Assembly: GCA_937923565.1 (NCBI GenBank)
Contig: CALDTX010000070.1
Span: 9,219-73,218, forward strand
Source: an uncultured Granulosicoccaceae bacterium
GTDB taxonomy: Bacteria; Pseudomonadota; Gammaproteobacteria; Granulosicoccales; Granulosicoccaceae
Direction of reading: 5' to 3'
DNA length: 64,000 nucleotides
In this document: positions 21,244-31,224 of the stretch, one piece after another
Position numbering within the stretch: the stretch's first letter is position 1
Layout: each line of letters opens with the position of its first letter
Notes under the pieces: model-generated
What the model saw: only the letters and a program-made list of their open reading frames with translations
Databases searched by the model: none
What the model was told of the DNA's origin: nothing
Program-made: the position numbers and the translations under genes

Positions 21244-23127
21244 GTGCGAGCTATCCATCCAATGCCTAAGCAACAAGCCCATTGCGGTGCCCAAAACACG
21301 AAACAGCGCACCGATAGTCGCCATTCCGGCGCCATGCTATTGCGTGCGACCATTTTTGGGTTAAGTCTGCTGTTTGCTAACGTAGGTTGGACTCAAACTG
21401 ACGAAGTACTTGCGGATGCGGCGCCCACGAATAAAACGCCTACAAATACGGCGCTTACAAATAACACGCTCACCGGCGAAGTTCTATCGGACAGCGAACT
21501 TAACGACGAATCGCTCATTAGCGAAACACCTTCGCAGCTCCAGCTACAACTGCTGTACATTCAAAACACCTTAACCAAAAAGCTAGAAGAACGCCGCTCG
21601 TTCGGAAACAGAATTGAGCAAGCAAACGAACAAGACAAAGCTGATATTCGTCGCGATGCCGCGAACCTTACTGCCGAAATTAATCAACTCAGAACTGCAT
21701 TGGAAAGTTTGGCTGTGGGCGACGCAGACACGAGCTTGTTCAGTAGCAATACGAACACGCAAGAGAAAAACTGGAAAGAAGATGTTGCGTTAATTGCTCA
21801 GCCAGTACTTGAAAGCCTCAAAGAAATTACCGAAAAGCCCAGGCAAATTAAAGAACTCAACGGACTTATTGATAACAAGCAAAAAGAGCTGCAAGCAAGC
21901 AATGAGGCACTCAATAATTTGCAGGCAGCCAACTTAAGCGATAAACGATCGCCGTTAGCGTTGTCGATTAATCGAATTGAACACAAATGGTTAAAGCGAA
22001 AAGAGAATGCCGAACAGGCAATCGAGATTGCAAAAATTCAATTGGCAACATTGCAAGGGGATCAACCTCTTTTCAAAACCATCTATGACTCCTTATTAAA
22101 ATTCTTAAATGGCCGCGGCCTGACAATCGCATTAGCGCTTGCTGCAGCACTGTTGGTGTGGGTAGCTGTACGCGTCATATTAGTATGCTACCGGCACTTT
22201 TTTGTTAACAAACAGGAAGAATCGAGTCGTACAAGATACCGCTTGGCCAAATACAGCGTTCATGCATTCACTGCGATCCTTGTGCTCATTGCTGTCTTTA
22301 TTGTTTTTTACGAAAGACACGACGTCCTGCTACTCGGTTTGCTCATACTATTTATTGTGGGTCTTGCGCTCAGCGCGCGCCATCTTCTGCCACGTTATGT
22401 CGTTGAAGCACGATTACTATTAAATTTAGGCTCTTGTCGCGAACGCGAACTGGTGATCTATAAAGGTCTGCCGTGGCGAGTGGAATCGATCAACATGCAC
22501 TCCATTTTGCGCAACCCGAAGTTAAACGGCGTTATACGACTACCGTTAAACGAAATCACAAAGCTTTATTCCCGACCTGTTGTAAACGAACACTGGTTTC
22601 CAACCGGCAAAGGCGATGTTGTTCTGACAAAAGATAATATGCTCTTGGAAGTGTTGGATCAAAACCCCGACAGCGTAGAACTGCGTAAACGAGGCGGTGA
22701 AATTGTATTTGTACCTTCAGCGACATTTTACGAATGGGAAATCACCAATCTAACCCGCAGTGGCTCATTCGGCGTGAGTATAAGTTTTGGTATCGATTAC
22801 GAACACCAATCAATTAGCTTGGATGAAGTGCCAAGACTGTTGCGCCTAAATATACACAAAAATTTAATGCAAACCGATCTCAGTGAAAAAGTGCAAAACG
22901 TTGAAGTTGAGCTGGAAGCCGCCGGTGAGTCGTCACTGCGTTACTGGGTATTTGTAACTATGCACAGCAGTGCGGCGAAATCGTATCAGCGCTTGCAACG
23001 GATTATTCATACCGCATGCATTCAAACTTGCACCAATCAACAGTGGACAATACCTTTTCCGCATTTGTCGTTGGTACAAAAGATCGACACCAAGTCAATT
23101 AAACCAGATAGCCAGCACGCAGCGTGA
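21244..23127 (+). CDS. MscS-like mechanosensitive channel family membrane protein with large periplasmic coiled coil
   Basis: Signal peptide, long helical region, three TM helices and C-terminal ITNLT..FGIDY..IPFPH motifs reminiscent of MscS. Start uncertain. Confidence 0.65.
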   Translation: MRAIHPMPKQQAHCGAQNTKQRTDSRHSGAMLLRATIFGLSLLFANVGWTQTDEVLADAAPTNKTPTNTALTNNTLTGEVLSDSELNDESLISETPSQLQLQLLYIQNTLTKKLEERRSFGNRIEQANEQDKADIRRDAANLTAEINQLRTALESLAVGDADTSLFSSNTNTQEKNWKEDVALIAQPVLESLKEITEKPRQIKELNGLIDNKQKELQASNEALNNLQAANLSDKRSPLALSINRIEHKWLKRKENAEQAIEIAKIQLATLQGDQPLFKTIYDSLLKFLNGRGLTIALALAAALLVWVAVRVILVCYRHFFVNKQEESSRTRYRLAKYSVHAFTAILVLIAVFIVFYERHDVLLLGLLILFIVGLALSARHLLPRYVVEARLLLNLGSCRERELVIYKGLPWRVESINMHSILRNPKLNGVIRLPLNEITKLYSRPVVNEHWFPTGKGDVVLTKDNMLLEVLDQNPDSVELRKRGGEIVFVPSATFYEWEITNLTRSGSFGVSISFGIDYEHQSISLDEVPRLLRLNIHKNLMQTDLSEKVQNVEVELEAAGESSLRYWVFVTMHSSAAKSYQRLQRIIHTACIQTCTNQQWTIPFPHLSLVQKIDTKSIKPDSQHAA

Positions 23128-23658
23128 TTACTTCGACCAATTTTTAATCCCTATAACATTCATGCTTACTTTTTAAGAACAACAATTTCATTAGTGCGTA
23201 ATCAACAATTGATAAACAGTTATGCGCTACTTAGGGATCTATGATTTACGCAATAATTGGTAATAAAATATTACGCCACTAGCAAAGTCGTTTAACCTTT
23301 ACAAGTAGCCATAACAAGTAGGCAATGGCCTACATGTCTATTCAACAAACTGCACTATTTAACTTACCGATCCAATTTAAATTACGATAGCTAGAAACAT
23401 GTTACTAAAACAAAGTAACATCAAAAAGCTCATTCATAAAAAAGGCTTATAAGTTCTGAAACTACAAGTATTTGTGTAAGCCGGTCTATCAATTCCAGTC
23501 ACTTTTCAAAAAGAACATAATCTATAGGACGAATGTACGATTTGCAATTTTCGATTTTACTTGTACTATTCAAGAGACGCTTAACGGGTTAAACGCTTAA
23601 TCCTCGAAAACACTAAGTTACTTTAACTATTGTTAAGCATTTCACTTCGCATAATCGA

Positions 23659-24786
23659 GTGAGTGCTACGCCCATGAAAACAGAAATGGCAGTCGAAAAC
23701 GGCTTAAATCTTAAGCTCATAAGCAATGCCGGCCACGACATCCGACAACCATTACATGCAATTGGTATGTTCACCGAAACGTTGGAAAGAAAACTAACCA
23801 AACAAGATAATCTTTTTCTTGTTTCAAAAATAAAGCAGTCAGCGTTCGAACTGAATAATCTTTTAAGTAATTTACTGGAAATTTCACGCATACAAAACAA
23901 CAACGAAATAATTGATACCGTGTCATTTTGTTTATCCAGTTTAGGCGATGAGTTAACAAGCGAGTACAAACCACTCATTGACAGCAACGTAGTTAACCTC
24001 AACACATCACTGGATGAAGCTTTGGTAGACGGCAGTCATTCGATCATTCTACGTGTTGCAAAATTGCTGATTAATCACAGCATCGACCTCGCCCAAGAAA
24101 ATAATGTTTACGTGTACACAACAGAAGAATCCGAGCATCTAAAACTCACCATACTGTGTACAGAACGCTCACGCGAAGATAGATCAGCAAGTTTTCAACT
24201 AAAGCAACCAACACTTTCCGATTGTAAAAATGGTAAATCTTTAGAAGGCAATATTGGCGTAAGTGCAGCCCAATTACTCGGCTCACAGATAGGCTTATCG
24301 GTTGATGCTTACAAACATGATGGTGGCAAGCAGTTTGAGTTCCGATTGCCTCTAACGCTGCTTCCAATAAAAACAGCACCGTCGTCGGACGATAGCGTTG
24401 AAACCGATAAGCGTGTGAGCGTTCTAATTCTCGATGACAATCAACTGATTTTGGAATCAACCTGTGCCTTTTTAAGCCAGGAACAATACGACGTTCATAG
24501 TGCTATCACATTACAAGACGCCATCGATATCGTTTTAGAACACGCGCCAGATATTTGGATTCTTGACAATGATCTTAGCGAATACATAAAAGTAGATGCC
24601 GCATTAACGCAACTAAGCACAGTATCTGGAAAAAATGTTCCGTGTCTTGTGATAACTGGCAATCCCGAAGCCGTGAACAACGACTCAAACCGCTTTAGCC
24701 GTATCCTGGAAAAACCACTCAACCCCGAAGCGTTATTGGATGCGTTAAAGCCACTAGCCGCTTCGGTCCAAGCTACAAACACATAA
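23659..24786 (+). CDS. Hybrid histidine-kinase-like protein (HisKA + degenerate HATPase + REC)
   Basis: H-box AGHDIRQPL and C-terminal receiver LILDD..DIWILD..VITG..LEKP. No sensor domain, and the N/G boxes are not recognisable. Confidence 0.75.
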   Translation: MSATPMKTEMAVENGLNLKLISNAGHDIRQPLHAIGMFTETLERKLTKQDNLFLVSKIKQSAFELNNLLSNLLEISRIQNNNEIIDTVSFCLSSLGDELTSEYKPLIDSNVVNLNTSLDEALVDGSHSIILRVAKLLINHSIDLAQENNVYVYTTEESEHLKLTILCTERSREDRSASFQLKQPTLSDCKNGKSLEGNIGVSAAQLLGSQIGLSVDAYKHDGGKQFEFRLPLTLLPIKTAPSSDDSVETDKRVSVLILDDNQLILESTCAFLSQEQYDVHSAITLQDAIDIVLEHAPDIWILDNDLSEYIKVDAALTQLSTVSGKNVPCLVITGNPEAVNNDSNRFSRILEKPLNPEALLDALKPLAASVQATNT

Positions 24787-24801
24787 AATTTGGCATTCCA
24801 T

Positions 24802-26781
24802 TTACCTTACAGTCGCTGAACGCCATTTATCAAAATAGATACGAGAATCTCTTGCTGGTGGATAACCTAGCTGGTAATCGAGCCTACCTTGAATCAGCAA
24901 ACTTTTATTGATAGAGAATTTTAATTTGGCCGTATAGCCTGTAACAGTATTTTCAATATCAATTATTTCACCCGACAAAACCGGATCTACCGAGCGCCCA
25001 AAACCCTTTTCACTGCGAACTTTTATAAACACCTCGTTTGGTATCGTTTTATTTGATTCAGACGAATCTGTACTTGAATCATCCGCACTCGAGATACCTG
25101 ATAAAACGCTATCGTTCGCCTCTATCAGTTCTCCGGATGAAACCATCGTGGCAGTAATATCAACCAAATGAGCCTCTTTTGCAGGGGCAACTTTTATGTT
25201 TTCAATTATTGGATAAGCCGCAGTAGTATTGGATTCCAACTGCGAACGAAGCAAAGCCTGCCACTTAGCGTTGACTTGCTCAAGGTCGCAACCTACACGT
25301 CCCAGCATATTGAACCAATACCGATAGCCAGACAACCTAATGGGTGCATCTTTCTTTTGATGCTCACGAAGAAATTCACCAAGAATTGGCTCAGAGCAAA
25401 CTTGCACAAGCGCCTCAACCCAAACATCACCAATTCCGTATAGCAAATGTGCATCGTACTTCTCATCAAACAACGACTTATTCGCTAACTCATCAAACTT
25501 TATTTGCTGCCTATCCCAAGCCACGGCAGACGTTAGCCAGTTTTGCCGACGCGCGAGTTCGTCGCTCACGATGGAAAATGATGTGTATTGCGCCATACCT
25601 TCTACGAAAAAATCTATGCTGTTAACACTTTCAGTTAATCTTCCGCCAGATTCAGTGGACTGAAAAACATGCGCTGTTTCATGACTTAGCACACGCCTGT
25701 TCAGCACAAAATCGTTGGCATCATTTGAAAGCCTTAGGAGAATTTTTTTCCAGCTTGCCAAACCAAGAACATGTGGGTTCTCAGAACTCATGTCGGCATC
25801 GATAATCGGCCTATCACTAGTACCAAGCAGCTCTGCCAAAGCTTTGTAGTCGTCGTCTGCCGACGCTAACAACGCATCCATAGCTTCTTGCTTGTTCGCT
25901 TTATACACAAAGCGATAGTGGGTTGTAGTTTCAGTTTTCAAAGAACTTGTATCGATTTGCCCTTGCTGGGTTTCCAGCATTGCTACCCACAACAAGTTGA
26001 TAGACACAAACGCCAGAATCGTCATAATAACCGAGATAACTTTGCGCGACTTTCCACTGCGACTTACAAACTGAACTGAATCTCTGTTTCTCCATAGAAA
26101 ATAGGAAATAATCAAAAGTACAGTGGCAATAAACAGATGCAGCCCAACAATCTCCCAGTCGATAAGCAGTTTTTGCCCATAAAATTCATTGTGATAAAAG
26201 CGCAGTACATTGTAATTTTTGGATATCGAAAACTGGGTTTCAAGTGTAAGAACCGCAACTAAGTAGCCGCTATAAACCACAAGACCGAGCACTTTAAACC
26301 ACGAAATAAACACACCGTGACACAAAATAACGAAAGCAAATAGGCACTCTCTGTAGAAAAACGAGAAATCTATTTGGTAATACCATTTACCCGTCAAAGA
26401 CTGACTATTCGTTAACATCAACAAGTACTGAATGATATGCTCAAAAGCGATGAGCACACATAAGAACAACCAACCAGCAAAAACTTTAGAGAAAAATATG
26501 ATCTGTGGGCTGAGCGGCAAGCTACGCAGATAATCTATTGAACGCGACTCGTATTCATTCGTAAACAGCCCGTAGGCTATGATTAGATTAAATATTAGGC
26601 TAAACAGTATTAGTTCCGGGCTGGTTCCGAAGTCGCAGTACTGTTCACACCAACCATAAAAGCTAACCTCATCAACTCTATGGGTGTAAAGCTCCGTGCC
26701 AAAATAGAGTAAAACTAAGCCCGCCCACAGAGCTGCGTAAGGCGACAAATGGCGAAACTCTTTCCACAATAGCGCCTTCAT
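24802..26781 (-). CDS. ABC-2-type permease fused to gluzincin metallopeptidase domain
   Basis: MKALLWKEFR start, EYESRSIDYLRSLPLS ABC-2 loop and about 7 TM helices. The soluble domain carries HETAH (HExxH) and FFVEGMAQY. Confidence 0.8.
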   Translation of the reverse strand: MKALLWKEFRHLSPYAALWAGLVLLYFGTELYTHRVDEVSFYGWCEQYCDFGTSPELILFSLIFNLIIAYGLFTNEYESRSIDYLRSLPLSPQIIFFSKVFAGWLFLCVLIAFEHIIQYLLMLTNSQSLTGKWYYQIDFSFFYRECLFAFVILCHGVFISWFKVLGLVVYSGYLVAVLTLETQFSISKNYNVLRFYHNEFYGQKLLIDWEIVGLHLFIATVLLIISYFLWRNRDSVQFVSRSGKSRKVISVIMTILAFVSINLLWVAMLETQQGQIDTSSLKTETTTHYRFVYKANKQEAMDALLASADDDYKALAELLGTSDRPIIDADMSSENPHVLGLASWKKILLRLSNDANDFVLNRRVLSHETAHVFQSTESGGRLTESVNSIDFFVEGMAQYTSFSIVSDELARRQNWLTSAVAWDRQQIKFDELANKSLFDEKYDAHLLYGIGDVWVEALVQVCSEPILGEFLREHQKKDAPIRLSGYRYWFNMLGRVGCDLEQVNAKWQALLRSQLESNTTAAYPIIENIKVAPAKEAHLVDITATMVSSGELIEANDSVLSGISSADDSSTDSSESNKTIPNEVFIKVRSEKGFGRSVDPVLSGEIIDIENTVTGYTAKLKFSINKSLLIQGRLDYQLGYPPARDSRIYFDKWRSATVR

Positions 26782-28700
26782 GGAACAATCAGCCTACCCG
26801 CCCAAACGGTAACGGGTTCATGGAAACGCTCCACCTCCATGGCCAAAGTGGCATAAAGCCTTTCACCCTGAGCAAAATTAATGGCAACCTCATGAGCCAA
26901 GCCGCTTACCGAACAATCACTTCGGTAAGCATCATTCTGCTCAATATTCAACTCATAGTCGAAAGCTGCAATCCACTCGTAACGTAAAACACAATTAGCG
27001 TCTACCTCCGCAGAGTAATCCGCCAAGGCGGAATATTGCCCATGCAAATAACTGTTCAAAGAATCATCTTGAACCACACGAACTTCACCACTGATGTTTG
27101 GAATGGCAGAAAGAAATTCAGCTATCTTGGTATCAGATTTAAGTGACAGTAACCATTGCTGCCATTGACTAACAAACTGTTCGAGCGATATCCCTACATG
27201 CGACTCAAACACCGAGTCTCTCGATGTTAAAAGCCGACGAAGCGTTTCGATAGAACTATCGCTGTAGTCAGCGTTTAAATAATGAGTTGCTAATTGCGAA
27301 ACCGTTTCTTTGTTATTGATTTCTGCCAGGTACTTTAACGCAGAATACGCTAGCGCACTGGTAGACTCATCGCCGTGTCGGTCTGCCATTAACTCCCAGT
27401 CGAGCAGTAAATGTACACCAGGCTCACTGCGTTCATGAACATAAACAGCTCTAGCCAGCACCTCGGCCTCTAACGCAGGCATATGGTCAGAAGGCGTAGT
27501 TTCGTGACTTTCTAAAGCCCACCACAAAGAAAAACCATCCAGCATCCAGTGAGTAGGTTCGTAAACCATACGGCTATTGGTTAAGCTTGATAGCACACCA
27601 TGGAAAATAAAACTCTTTAGTGCAAACTTGCCATAAACCCCAAAATCGATATAGTTCGTTCGAACAAGCACACCATCGGGTTGACTAAGAGCGATATCAA
27701 ATGGCATTCGCTCTACATCAAGAACCACCCGTACTTTCGGTAAGCTTTGCAACCCAGCATCAATTTGAAGCTTCTGTAACGCCGTGCGAACACTGTCCAT
27801 AATCTCTTGGGCTTTTTCTCTATTGGCAGGTTCTATATAGTTAACTTCAACGCGCGGAAAATCGCTGATTAACGCATTTGAGGCATCAAATGCAAACTCA
27901 TCCTGCTTCCATTTTTCAGAAATACCTGTATAAACCGTTAAACCACTAATAATTAGTAGAAACAAACCACCCAGATCGCGCCTTGACATAGGCTTGGCCA
28001 AGCGCTCAATAATGGAACCATCATTAACAGTAACTATCAAAAAGGCAACTAAGACAAAGGCCAGAGCAATGCCAAAACATTGCATTAGTTGCGACCATGG
28101 AATGATATCTCGCTCGAATACAAACTCTTTGTACTCTAATAAAGCAATGGGTGCTATTAATGATTTATCGGTATGAGGCGAGCTTACGATCAGTAACAGC
28201 ACTAGCGCAAGCAAGGTGTAAAGGATAAACCTGACCTTACCAAATAAACTGATGCAAAATACAACACACCAATAGAGTGTCGCGATGCTAAGCGACTTAA
28301 GTCCAACTATAAACAGGTATTGGTTTGTGATCATCTCTGAGTCTTGCGAGCTATACTCTACAATCACAAGCGCCAGTAGAATCAGAGCCCAACTGAACAC
28401 AAGGCCAATAAAAAATTTAACGATCAGGATATGGCTAATCCTGATTGGCAGAGATTCCAAATACTGCATTGTTTGGCCAACGTATTCTCTAACCAATAAC
28501 AAATTTCCAAAAATATAAATGCACAGTGGCACCAGTGAAATTAACGACAACCGAACAACTTGCATATTGCTCATAAAAAAGTCGACGTTTTGAATTTGTA
28601 CGGTGAGTATTAGCAGTACCAACACATAGGCAAACAGTAAGAATGCAAGTGAAACGACGTGTTCCCTAAACTCTTTGGATAAAAAACTTAATGTTCCCAC
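26778..28700 (-). CDS. ABC-2-type permease fused to degenerate peptidase-like domain
   Basis: LSKEFREH start, EYVGQTMQYLESLPI loop and multiple TM helices. HGVLS and WMLDGFS sit at the positions of the HExxH and EG motifs. Confidence 0.75.
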   Translation of the reverse strand: MGTLSFLSKEFREHVVSLAFLLFAYVLVLLILTVQIQNVDFFMSNMQVVRLSLISLVPLCIYIFGNLLLVREYVGQTMQYLESLPIRISHILIVKFFIGLVFSWALILLALVIVEYSSQDSEMITNQYLFIVGLKSLSIATLYWCVVFCISLFGKVRFILYTLLALVLLLIVSSPHTDKSLIAPIALLEYKEFVFERDIIPWSQLMQCFGIALAFVLVAFLIVTVNDGSIIERLAKPMSRRDLGGLFLLIISGLTVYTGISEKWKQDEFAFDASNALISDFPRVEVNYIEPANREKAQEIMDSVRTALQKLQIDAGLQSLPKVRVVLDVERMPFDIALSQPDGVLVRTNYIDFGVYGKFALKSFIFHGVLSSLTNSRMVYEPTHWMLDGFSLWWALESHETTPSDHMPALEAEVLARAVYVHERSEPGVHLLLDWELMADRHGDESTSALAYSALKYLAEINNKETVSQLATHYLNADYSDSSIETLRRLLTSRDSVFESHVGISLEQFVSQWQQWLLSLKSDTKIAEFLSAIPNISGEVRVVQDDSLNSYLHGQYSALADYSAEVDANCVLRYEWIAAFDYELNIEQNDAYRSDCSVSGLAHEVAINFAQGERLYATLAMEVERFHEPVTVWAGRLIVP

Positions 28701-28704
28701 CGGA

Positions 28705-29634
28705 TTAAATTCGTTTAGACACTAAGGAAATGAAAACATCTTCAAGCGACAGCGTCTCTTCTACCCAATCGCTTAGCAGTAACTGCGCTGGTGGCATTGC
28801 TAGCGCATACTCTACGATGACCTCACGACGGCCATGTCGCATAACGTCTTCAAGCATTCGCACCGCACCATAGAAAATTGGATCGGCATTAGTGCTTGCA
28901 TTGGCCTGAGCCGCGTCAATAGAAAAACGACGTACACGTTCTTTTAAAGCTGAAACCGGTCCTTCATAAATTGATACACCTTCTTCCACGATCCCGATTT
29001 TGGTCGCTATAGCATCAATATCATCGATTAAGTGCGTGGAAAATATTATTGTTGATTCCGCTATCGCAGCTTGCTCGCTGACCAAATCAAGAAACTCTCT
29101 GCGCGCTACCGGGTCCATGCCTGCAGTGGGCTCATCCAATAACAAGCACTCGGGGCGCGTACTCAATGCCAAGGTAAGAGCAAGCTTTGCCTTCATGCCG
29201 CCAGAGAACGTACCTACCTTTTGTTTTAGAGGCAGTTCAAATCGTTTGATCAACTCCGCGTAGCGTTGTGCATCCCACTTGGGATAAAAGCCATCGACGA
29301 AACGGCCCAGATTTTTGGGTGTCATCCAGGGGTAAAAATGCTGCTCTTGGGCCACATAGCCGATTCGCTGTCGGGATTTTACAATATTGTTTCGGATATC
29401 TTGACCAAATAGATGAATCTGCCCACGATCCATTTTGGAAATGCCCATGATCAATTTCATCGCAGTTGATTTACCGGCGCCATTGCGGCCCAGAAATCCA
29501 TAAACCTCACCCGCGTATGCAGACAGGTTCAATCCTTTTAATACTTCCAGCGATCCATACTGCTTGTGTACATCGTTCAATTGAACAATAGATTTTGTGG
29601 GACTCTTATCGTCAGTCGTCACCTTAAATTGCAA
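28705..29634 (-). CDS. ABC transporter ATP-binding protein (exporter type)
   Basis: Walker A GRNGAGKS, signature FSGGM, Walker B LLLDEPT and H-loop STH. Confidence 0.95.
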   Translation of the reverse strand: MQFKVTTDDKSPTKSIVQLNDVHKQYGSLEVLKGLNLSAYAGEVYGFLGRNGAGKSTAMKLIMGISKMDRGQIHLFGQDIRNNIVKSRQRIGYVAQEQHFYPWMTPKNLGRFVDGFYPKWDAQRYAELIKRFELPLKQKVGTFSGGMKAKLALTLALSTRPECLLLDEPTAGMDPVARREFLDLVSEQAAIAESTIIFSTHLIDDIDAIATKIGIVEEGVSIYEGPVSALKERVRRFSIDAAQANASTNADPIFYGAVRMLEDVMRHGRREVIVEYALAMPPAQLLLSDWVEETLSLEDVFISLVSKRI

Positions 29635-29763
29635 GTGATAAGCTCTCTTTAATACTCTACGAGCCGGAGTTTAACATCAGTATTAGACGCTATCCGTCTG
29701 ACAGACAAAGCGTAATAGAAAAGCGCACAGAAAACACGCCAAGGAAAGAGAAAGGCAAACTCA

Positions 29764-29788
29764 GCCCGCCCGAATGGACCGGGCAGGC
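29764..29788 (-). terminator. Putative intrinsic terminator after the LuxR gene
   Basis: Minus strand reads GCCTGCCCG-GTCCATT-CGGGCGGGC, followed by a pyrimidine-rich tract. Confidence 0.5.
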
Positions 29789-29798
29789 AAGGTACTGT

Positions 29799-30152
29799 TT
29801 ATGAGTTCGAAATTAACCCACAGCGAATAGCATACTGCGTGGCTTCCGCAACCGTTGTTACGTTAAGCTTGTGGTAAATATTCGCAATGTGTTTTGCTGC
29901 CGTGTTAGCTGATATTTTAAGTGCGCTACCCACGTCTTTTCGCGTGTAACCATTAGCGATTAACGTCAGTACTTCAATTTCCCGGACTGTTAATGGCGAA
30001 TGATCAAGCTTTTGCTCTTCAAAACTATTTTCTGCCAGTGTCAATATCTGATCAATTTGAAGCATTGATCGACCTTGAACCAACGTATAAAACCGGTCTT
30101 GGATGGCCTGACGATATCGTGTGCTGCTTTCGTATTCAGTAAAATTCCGCAT
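29799..30152 (-). CDS. Small LuxR/GerE-type HTH regulator without receiver domain
   Basis: PLTVREIEVLTLIANGYTRKDVGSALKISANTAAKHIANIYHKL in a 117-aa protein. Confidence 0.88.
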   Translation of the reverse strand: MRNFTEYESSTRYRQAIQDRFYTLVQGRSMLQIDQILTLAENSFEEQKLDHSPLTVREIEVLTLIANGYTRKDVGSALKISANTAAKHIANIYHKLNVTTVAEATQYAIRCGLISNS

Positions 30153-30471
30153 CTCCGTACTTCCCTCTAGTTAGTATCACCGCTTTGGTGCACCCAATGG
30201 CACCCATACTCGCTGTTGCGTAAGTCGGAAAACCCTTCCGTTGACGACCACTGATCCTTTCGCGGACTTGTAAAGCTTCGATATTGCGATGAATGACAAC
30301 AATCGTAAATTTAATTTACATAAGCGCTAAAATTGGGTCTGTGAGAAAACCCACAATGAAGGTTATGTCATTGATTTAAAACATATAATTAGATGCACTT
30401 TGTGCTTATTACTGAGTTTTACTGACTCAAATCAATTATTGACCCGTTTTATTATGTTGTTCTGAGCACAA

Positions 30472-31224
30472 ATGAGCCCAAACTTGAACATTCTTATGCA
30501 AGATGAGCACATAATTGCCATCTACAAACCCAGCGGTTTGCTGGTCCATCGCTCCAACATCGACAGACGCGAAACGCAATTCGCTTTGCAGCTGGTCAGG
30601 GACCTCATTGGTACGCGTGTCTACCCTGTGCATCGCCTGGACAAACCCACAGCCGGTGTGTTGCTTTTTGCAAAGCAAGCTCAAACCGGTATTGCATTAA
30701 ACAAGGCTTTTGCCCAAGGCGACATTGAAAAGAGTTATTTAGCTATTGTGCGTGGCATACCCGCTGAACAAGGGTTGATTGATCATCCGCTTAAAAAGCT
30801 GGTCGATGCATTTGATGACGCTGATTCTGAAAAAGAACAAACCGCTAAGGCTGCACAAACCCGCTTTCAGCGATTAAATTCTGTTGAGTTGCCTTTTGAA
30901 AACAAACGCTATAAAACTTCTCGTTATGCGCTTGTTCAACTTAACCCGCTCACCGGAAGACGCCATCAGTTAAGACGGCACATGAAGCATTTGTTTCACC
31001 CTATTATTGGCGACACAAGCTATGGCGACGGCACCCACAATCAATTATTTCGTGAAAACTTTGATTGCCATCGATTACTGTTGGTAGCGACTCGTTTAAG
31101 TTTCAAGCACCCGATTACCGAAGAGCCTATAGATATACAAACAGACCCAGACGAACAGTTCACTCGACTAATGGGTTTAATGGAGTGGTCATTGCCTACT
31201 CACAATACTCAGCCAATGCGCTGA
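30472..31224 (+). CDS. truC: tRNA pseudouridine synthase C (RluA family)
   Basis: KPSGLLVHRS, VHRLDKPT, TSRYALVQL and TGRRHQLRRHMKHLFHPIIGD. Confidence 0.9.
   Translation: MSPNLNILMQDEHIIAIYKPSGLLVHRSNIDRRETQFALQLVRDLIGTRVYPVHRLDKPTAGVLLFAKQAQTGIALNKAFAQGDIEKSYLAIVRGIPAEQGLIDHPLKKLVDAFDDADSEKEQTAKAAQTRFQRLNSVELPFENKRYKTSRYALVQLNPLTGRRHQLRRHMKHLFHPIIGDTSYGDGTHNQLFRENFDCHRLLLVATRLSFKHPITEEPIDIQTDPDEQFTRLMGLMEWSLPTHNTQPMR

Noticed and set aside
23128-23658. Frameshifted sensor domain or small RNA upstream of the pseudokinase
   Set aside because: The region is AT-rich with no listed plus-strand ORF, has an in-frame stop at 23614, and shows no convincing stable structure.
30153-30300. Known riboswitch (e.g. 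c-di-GMP-I) upstream of the LuxR gene
   Set aside because: Hairpins are present, but I could not match the conserved core of any riboswitch class by eye.
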